This document shows positions 57,702-63,180 of a DNA stretch of 63,180 bases, in pieces. The stretch spans positions 1 to 63,180 of IMG/VR virus record IMGVR_UViG_3300025645_000071; one strand, 5' to 3'. A program made the position numbers and the translations under genes. Under the pieces are notes generated by a model. The model was not told the DNA's origin. It saw only the letters and a list, made by a program, of their open reading frames with translations, and searched no databases. This DNA comes from a virus. Its lineage: Duplodnaviria; Caudoviricetes. Each line of letters opens with the position of its first letter. The stretch's first letter is position 1.

Positions 57702-58071
57702 TGTATTGTATTTTAATAAATTCGTGTATTGAATAATATTTTGTCATTACGTTCATCATTTTTAATGAGGCTAATGCTATTTTCTTAGACTCCTTTAGTG
57801 TATCTACTCGGTCTTGATCAGATCCCAGTAGCTCATCTATAAGGAATTCACCAACTTGTTGAGAGTCAATTTCGTCTATCAACTCTTTTACAGAATCATC
57901 TAGCATTTCCGAAAACATTTTTGATATATCAATTGGATCCAACAGTACCCATTCGTCCAACCCATACGCTTCTATATCATGAACGCAAAGGTCAATAGCA
58001 CAATTTGTAGACTGATTGTTTATTAGCCGCATGCTATCTATAATCATTAAAGCTTCTTTTTCTGTAATCAA
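57685..58071 (-). CDS. Hypothetical acidic protein
   Basis: 128 aa coupled ORF. Confidence 0.65.
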   Translation of the reverse strand: MITEKEALMIIDSMRLINNQSTNCAIDLCVHDIEAYGLDEWVLLDPIDISKMFSEMLDDSVKELIDEIDSQQVGEFLIDELLGSDQDRVDTLKESKKIALASLKMMNVMTKYYSIHEFIKIQYNEDTY

Positions 58072-58253
58072 AACCCATAGTTTTTACATGACTCATAAAA
58101 ATCATTTAAGATGTCTAACCTTATACCTTGTTTGTATATGTTTGTTTCTGTAACGCCCTCATATTCTTTAACAAACGATTTAATTAAATGTATAGCATCA
58201 AGATGTTCAGGTTTTAATTGTCTAGACGGATATGTTATATGTTCTTTACTCAT
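58068..58253 (-). CDS. Hypothetical protein
   Basis: 61 aa coupled ORF. Confidence 0.6.
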   Translation of the reverse strand: MSKEHITYPSRQLKPEHLDAIHLIKSFVKEYEGVTETNIYKQGIRLDILNDFYESCKNYGF

Positions 58254-58327
58254 CTTTATTGCATTGATATGTTAAATAAATAGCTGTTACTAAATAAAAC
58301 ATCGCTATTGGTATTAGTATATTCATG

Positions 58328-58555
58328 TTAATATGTTTGTTTAGTCCCATACCTAGGTGGGTTTTTAGCTGATTGTTTAGTTATATACTCAGTACGTTGC
58401 TTCTCAGCTGAACCCGACTGATTACGAAGGACTTGTATGCCTTCCTCAATAGCGTATACTCTAGCTCTAGTGTTAATGTCATCCATAATTTCGTAAAGAG
58501 ATTTGTTTGATTCTAAAAGAGTACGCAACTCTTTAACTCCTATTAGTCTTTTCAT
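58328..58555 (-). CDS. Hypothetical protein
   Basis: 75 aa ORF downstream of the tRNA-like element. Confidence 0.6.
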   Translation of the reverse strand: MKRLIGVKELRTLLESNKSLYEIMDDINTRARVYAIEEGIQVLRNQSGSAEKQRTEYITKQSAKNPPRYGTKQTY

Positions 58556-58569
58556 ATTAAATTAATTAG

Positions 58570-58664
58570 TGTGAGTGGGGGAATCGAACCCCCTGCTAAA
58601 CCAAATCAAAAGCAGTCAGATCGGGTGGGTACATCACTCCCCAGCGGATCATCCAGACACTCAC
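58570..58664 (-). ncRNA. tRNA-like non-coding RNA (non-canonical)
   Basis: Minus strand reads GTGAGTG...CTGCT-TTTGATTTGGTTT-AGCAG-GGGG-TTCGATT-CCCC-CACTCAC-A. Acceptor-like stem and canonical T-loop; no canonical D or anticodon arm; no encoded CCA. Confidence 0.7.
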
Positions 58665-58669
58665 TATGT

Positions 58670-59278
58670 TTAATGCATAATCAATCCAACCTTGTTTGAA
58701 CGATTAAACCATTTTGTTGCCATAACATCAGACTCCATAGCGCAAACATAACCTGCACTATTTAAGGACTCCATGTTGTCAAATATTTTACAATGTCTAT
58801 CCTTAGAGTAATCAATTAAATCATCACGAGTACCACCTTCACTATATATGATATCGAAATTGCTCGGCATATCTTTATCAAGAAATAAAGGAATAGATTT
58901 TGTGTACGAATAGAACTTAACATCAGGTAAAGCCTTAGCTATAGCCACCCATTTGTTTATGTATTTTTTAGAGTAATAATCTCCCGAATCGTGAACTCTA
59001 AGCATATCAACTTTTTTCTTTTTAATCTCTGCTGTCATTTTATCTACAAATGAATCGCATTTTGTCGCTAAGTATCTGTGTTGAAATGCAGGTGATACGT
59101 TACTCCAAACATACGCACCTTTTTGAGCATAACAATATTTTGCACAAGCCCCAGCAAAAGGACAAGTTCTTTTACCTTCTGAATCTTCGAACGCAGGTAT
59201 CCCAAAATTAAATACTCTCCGTCCAATAATCTTACTAGTCTTTTTTAGCTTAGTGTTTTGTGTTATTAAATGTGGCAT
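58670..59278 (-). CDS. GP88-like (radical-SAM-related) protein
   Basis: CPFAGACAKYCYA, LRVHDSGDYY, FYSYTK. Confidence 0.8.
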   Translation of the reverse strand: MPHLITQNTKLKKTSKIIGRRVFNFGIPAFEDSEGKRTCPFAGACAKYCYAQKGAYVWSNVSPAFQHRYLATKCDSFVDKMTAEIKKKKVDMLRVHDSGDYYSKKYINKWVAIAKALPDVKFYSYTKSIPLFLDKDMPSNFDIIYSEGGTRDDLIDYSKDRHCKIFDNMESLNSAGYVCAMESDVMATKWFNRSNKVGLIMH

Positions 59279-59294
59279 TGATTTTCCCTTTAGA

Positions 59295-59346
59295 TGTAGT
59301 GTATTATATATAATTCATACTGAATTATTATATATAATACACTACA
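59295..59346. promoter_or_regulatory. AT-rich bulged hairpin element H4
   Basis: TGTAGTGTATTATATATAA (59295-59313) pairs with TTATATATAATACACTACA (59328-59346). Core TTCA-TAC-TGAA. Confidence 0.7.
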
Positions 59347-60645
59347 ATAACCAGTCTTTTTCTTCGTTCATGTCGTTCCAGTATCCACCAGCACAATCTT
59401 TAGAGCAGAACTGCCCTTCTTTTTCTACTCGCTCACTAGCGCAGTAATCGCAGTAGTGTTCTTCGTCTTCATTCTCCATCTTTACTTTCTTTTAATTTAT
59501 TAATTTCTATTTGTAAATTCTCAGCCATTATACGCCACTGCATAGCCGCTTTGAGTAAGCTAGTTTTGGTGTTGGCTTTGAGGGCTGACTTAACTTGATC
59601 TTTTGTCCACCCATCTAGTGGGTTAAATTCTTTTTCCATGTTAGCAGTATAATGATGTTGGTATATTCTCCTGTAATTCTCGTATCTTCTCGATGTGCTT
59701 GAACCATGTGTTTGTAGTCTCCGCTTCCTCCACCATGTTTTTCCAATCCTCCTCGTTCATACATTCGTGTATGGACTCTTCTAATCCTTGTAGTTGGTAC
59801 AGCATCTCGTCGTTGTAGTCATACCCTCCGTATTCGTGGAAGATATCATAACATTGACCGCTGAGTTTGTTTACTCTTTCTTTGTGTATATTCATGTTTA
59901 GTTATGCTATTAGGTGAGTTGATTCACTTATTGTATTCTTTAATTATATACAGTCCATACATTCATTTATATCTTTATCCTCATTGAATGCGACCCTGTC
60001 TGTGCGATCACCACATGAATCACAGGTATACTTGCTTAAGTATACTAAACGATCAACTTCGTTGTATTCGTTATCGTTCATCGTTCATTAGTTTACACAT
60101 GTTACGTCTTAGTCTACCTACTTTGAGCTCATACATATTTACTCTTGCTGAATAAGCAAGTATGGTTTCTTGTAGATGTTTGTTCTTTTCTGTTAGTTTT
60201 TCTATATCAGTCATGCTTTCTTATTTGATTTAATTGTCTGCCTATATCGAGTATGTTCTCACCCTCTGCCATACCTAAGTTATAGTGTTGCCTCCATGCA
60301 TCGCATGAAAGGAAGTTGTTGAACCAATCAAGGTACATAGCTTCTATCTGTGTGTTAGTGTAGTTCATGCTTTCTTGTGTTCTAAAGGTCTGTTCTGTTG
60401 TAGTATTTCATCTTGATTTGGTTTATTGTTTGTACCGATTACTAGCATCTCTGCAAATTCCTGCATATTAAATGATGCGAACCCTGATTTTGTTTTTGGT
60501 TTACGTTCACTCATAGTCTTGGTAAAAAATGTTCGTCATCTCTCATGATTCCTGAGATATCGTGTATGATGTCTTGAGATCTAAGGTTTGTTATCTCCTC
60601 AATACGATTTGCCCATTCGATTAACTGCTTTTTACTTGATTCCAT
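59342..60645 (-). CDS. Cluster of small early ORFs (e.g. 59342..59479 Zn-finger-like, 59469..59639, 59641..59895, 60207..60368, 60365..60514)
   Basis: Manual translation gives tightly coupled 45-84 aa ORFs, e.g. HYCDYC...CSKDC and YLDWFNNFLS. Confidence 0.55.
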
Positions 60646-60980
60646 CATACTACTTCTTTTGGTGTTAAACGATACTCTCTAATAAATTCTACTACTGCAT
60701 TGTAAACATCTCCTATGCACCTTGTAGACAATGCATCCTCAATGCTTTGTATGCGTTCACGTTGTAGGTGGTCGATCTCCTCTATTACAGGCATCAGCCA
60801 ATCCCATGATGTGTGGTACTTTGAGTACTCAGTAATTCCTTCCATTACTTTCTCCTTACTATCTTCTGTTATGTAAAAGAATGGAGCATCACTCCAAGAG
60901 TGTATGTTACCTGCAATGGAGTCTAATGATATCTCATCATACAACCCCATAAATTCTGCTATTAGTTTGTTATCGTTCAT
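60645..60980 (-). CDS. Phage ABA-sandwich-like protein
   Basis: NKLIAEFMG...YHTSWDWLMPVIEEI. Confidence 0.6.
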   Translation of the reverse strand: MNDNKLIAEFMGLYDEISLDSIAGNIHSWSDAPFFYITEDSKEKVMEGITEYSKYHTSWDWLMPVIEEIDHLQRERIQSIEDALSTRCIGDVYNAVVEFIREYRLTPKEVV

Positions 60981-61018
60981 TTTGTGTGTGATTTAATTAG
61001 TAATGATTTCATGATGTA

Positions 61019-61207
61019 TTATTTTGGTTTACCTAATGGTATGCGGTAGTCATAAGGGAAGGCTTCCTCTAGTCTGCGCCTGTTCTCTCCGTCTGCTCTA
61101 CGCCACGCTTCTATGAGGTTGTAGTGGAAACCACCAGCGTATTGCCTCATCTCAAGCACCCAATCTATGTGTTCTTGCTCGGTGCAGTTTTTTCGTAAGT
61201 ATATCAT
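61019..61207 (-). CDS. Conserved small early protein
   Basis: GGF..NL.EAW.RAD..N..RL..AFP. Confidence 0.65.
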   Translation of the reverse strand: MIYLRKNCTEQEHIDWVLEMRQYAGGFHYNLIEAWRRADGENRRRLEEAFPYDYRIPLGKPK

Positions 61208-61395
61208 AATGTTTGTCCTTCGTATTTATTAAAATTATTTACTATTATCTCGCACATGCCGTCCATAGCTTGTTCATGCACGGCTATGGCTTCCATATTA
61301 ATCAGTACGCCATCAAAGTATGTAAGCAAGTCCTCTTGCACTCGCTCTCTTAGTTCGTGTAGTTGTTGTTTTGTCATGATGTTATTGTATTTCAA
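61204..61395 (-). CDS. Hypothetical early protein
   Basis: Coupled ORF. Confidence 0.6.
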   Translation of the reverse strand: MKYNNIMTKQQLHELRERVQEDLLTYFDGVLINMEAIAVHEQAMDGMCEIIVNNFNKYEGQTL

Positions 61396-61642
61396 TTAGT
61401 TTTCCGTTTATCTCTTCGTACTGGTGTTCGCTCTCATCCTCCCACACAGTCCAGAAGTATTCCTCATTATTGTATGATTCAGTGAGTATAAACTCGTCAG
61501 ACAATTCGTTGTTCTCATCTACGTTCCATGAACGTATAAGAGCGATGAGGTCTTTCTCGTACTTGACTGGTGTGCAATCCCCTACAAGATAGCCTTCGTT
61601 CATTCCTTCGCCCGTTACAGAGCATTGTCTTGCGTATTTCAT
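61382..61642 (-). CDS. Hypothetical early protein
   Basis: ARQCSVTGEGMNEGY...YFWTVWE. Confidence 0.65.
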   Translation of the reverse strand: MKYARQCSVTGEGMNEGYLVGDCTPVKYEKDLIALIRSWNVDENNELSDEFILTESYNNEEYFWTVWEDESEHQYEEINGKLIEIQ

Positions 61643-61644
61643 AG

Positions 61645-61935
61645 TTATCCTTTTTCTGATGTGAATCCAAGTTCGTTGAATAGTTGCTCACCCGACTTGC
61701 GCTTGGTTGTTTTTACGGATAGAATTTCTGTGTCGCATTGCTCAAGCTCTGCTTCACCTAGCGTATCCCATATCTCGTGGTATAGGTCATCTTCAAAGCT
61801 CTTACCCTTTGTATCCCACTCAACTGTATTGCCTAGCGTTATTCTTTCAACGTCGTATGGCGATAGGTCGTCAGGTAAAGCTACCTCGATTGTTGTGGTG
61901 TATGTACGCACCACTTCCATTTCAAAGTTCTTCAT
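61645..61935 (-). CDS. Hypothetical acidic early protein
   Basis: 96 aa coupled ORF. Confidence 0.65.
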   Translation of the reverse strand: MKNFEMEVVRTYTTTIEVALPDDLSPYDVERITLGNTVEWDTKGKSFEDDLYHEIWDTLGEAELEQCDTEILSVKTTKRKSGEQLFNELGFTSEKG

Positions 61936-62126
61936 GCTAATTCGTTTTCTAGGTTTTCTAATGCTAACTTGTATCCGTAGTTAATTGCCATTTGCATAAG
62001 TAATATGTCACTACAACCATTGTTTGCGTTAGCAAATGATTCTAGGTCTTCTCTAGTGTGTGGTGTAGCTACGATGCCTCTATTTAGCTTACGCATCTCT
62101 TCCTTGATGTGGTTTTGTATGTTCAT
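61932..62126 (-). CDS. Hypothetical early protein
   Basis: 64 aa coupled ORF. Confidence 0.65.
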   Translation of the reverse strand: MNIQNHIKEEMRKLNRGIVATPHTREDLESFANANNGCSDILLMQMAINYGYKLALENLENELA

Positions 62127-62128
62127 GT

Positions 62129-62347
62129 TTATTTGATTATGGTTTTTACTTCCTTGATTACATTCATGATGTGTTCGCTTACGTCTATATCACTAGCTAC
62201 ACACTCTTCATAGTGGTCTTCTTCGTGAGGCTCTAGGTAGTCTACCAGCCTTTCTGTAAGCATCGACATTTCCTCAATTTGAGAACGCAGTTCTGTTATT
62301 AGTCTGCCTTGCGCTTCAATGGTTTTGAATAATTCGTTGTTTGACAT
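62129..62347 (-). CDS. Hypothetical early protein
   Basis: Upstream AAAACCAAATCAAA-ATG. Confidence 0.7.
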   Translation of the reverse strand: MSNNELFKTIEAQGRLITELRSQIEEMSMLTERLVDYLEPHEEDHYEECVASDIDVSEHIMNVIKEVKTIIK

Positions 62348-62366
62348 TTTGATTTGGTTTTAAGAG

Positions 62367-62418
62367 GTAGTGTATTATATATATAATTCATACTGAATTA
62401 TTATATATATAATACTAC
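62367..62418. promoter_or_regulatory. AT-rich bulged hairpin element H3
   Basis: GTATTATATATATAA (62372-62386) pairs with TTATATATATAATAC (62401-62415). Core TTCA-TAC-TGAA; near-identical to H4. Confidence 0.7.
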
Positions 62419-62440
62419 TACTCTCTAAGGGTTTGACGTT

Positions 62441-63055
62441 TTACTGATTTAGGTATTCTAATTCCTCTTCAATTTCATCGCTATCCATATACTCTCGCAA
62501 GTATTGGTGTATCATCCAATCATCTTCGGTTTTGAATAGCTTCGCATCGGTGTAGCCACCTCTAGCATCACAACCTCCGTGTATCTGTAAGAGCAGGTAT
62601 GTTTCCCCGTCCATATCTAGCCATGCACCTTGTAAGATTTGGGATAGGTCGCTATCTCCGTTGTATGTATTGAACTGATGTTTACTTTCCATACCTATCA
62701 ACTCAAGGAAGTCAGCACCTGCTTGTGATACTCCGTAAGCAATATCTCCATTCCAATCATCACAGTCAGTATTCCGTGCGTTAAAATTAACGCACAGGTG
62801 ATCGAGTGTAAGTTCGCTTAGGTAGTGAAAGATTGACACTCTACGTTCATACTCAGTGTGTACCTTTCCATCTTTGTCAGTCCATTCAGACTTTTCGATG
62901 GATTGCTCTTCCTCATTATCAAAGTCCTCGATAGTCTTGGCTTGGTTTCTTGACCAATTCCTACCATACGCACCGCCTGAATCACATACGTGGCTACCTG
63001 TGTTTTCCGTAAGCATAGCATACACTAGCTTTTGTGTGTCTGTAAATTGTTTCAT
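62441..63055 (-). CDS. Conserved early phage protein
   Basis: MLTENTG...DSGGAYGRNW...LLQIHGGCDARGGYT. Confidence 0.75.
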   Translation of the reverse strand: MKQFTDTQKLVYAMLTENTGSHVCDSGGAYGRNWSRNQAKTIEDFDNEEEQSIEKSEWTDKDGKVHTEYERRVSIFHYLSELTLDHLCVNFNARNTDCDDWNGDIAYGVSQAGADFLELIGMESKHQFNTYNGDSDLSQILQGAWLDMDGETYLLLQIHGGCDARGGYTDAKLFKTEDDWMIHQYLREYMDSDEIEEELEYLNQ

Positions 63056-63180
63056 TTGATTTGGATTTTTTCGATTAGTATTTTAATGTTGCTTTCATCG
63101 CCTTCGTAGTATAGGTGCGGTAATTCGTCATCCTGACTGAATGTATTCGGATTAACATCTACTGTGCTATGCACATGCTT
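63030..63180. repeat. Terminal overlap, copy 2
   Basis: Matches 1-151 with one mismatch. Confidence 0.95.

Noticed and set aside
58570-58664. Canonical tRNA (Tyr, Ser or Sec) call
   Set aside because: The acceptor plus T stack is 11 bp rather than 12, there is no proper D arm, and the putative GUA loop has a bulged stem with C at position 37. Kept only as tRNA-like.
60409-60425. AAACCAAATCAAG-ATG match as a further early gene start
   Set aside because: The ATG opens only a 9-codon frame inside another small ORF, so it was not counted as an initiation site. It could still be a pairing site for the tRNA-like RNA.

Overview
The window is an apparently complete, circularly assembled genome of about 63,029 bp from a lytic, podovirus-like tailed phage. 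Bases 1-151 recur at 63030-63180 with one mismatch. The host is probably in Bacteroidota (Flavobacteria-like), judging by TAnnTTTG -7 promoters, a near-host primary sigma factor and a T9SS C-terminal sorting domain. The plus strand (about 2.1-50.5 kb) carries packaging, head, tail, ejection and lysis genes plus a cassette of host-envelope genes. The minus strand (1393->23, then 63055->50496) carries small early genes, recombination genes, a primase-helicase, nucleases and an RpoD-like sigma. I recognise no DNA polymerase, RNA polymerase, integrase, CRISPR array or canonical tRNA. The most unusual signals are: (1) a tRNA-shaped non-coding element at 58570-58664 whose extra-arm loop is antisense to the motif just before the start codons of the earliest genes; (2) five covarying AT-rich bulged hairpins upstream of minus-strand genes, plus a cluster of stable DNA mini-hairpins near the strand switch; (3) a phage-encoded T9SS cargo, beta-barrel and thioredoxin-fold cassette; (4) a host-like sigma with an altered region 4.2; and (5) a candidate -1 frameshift at the start of the giant ejection protein. 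All family assignments come from motif recognition by eye, not database searches.
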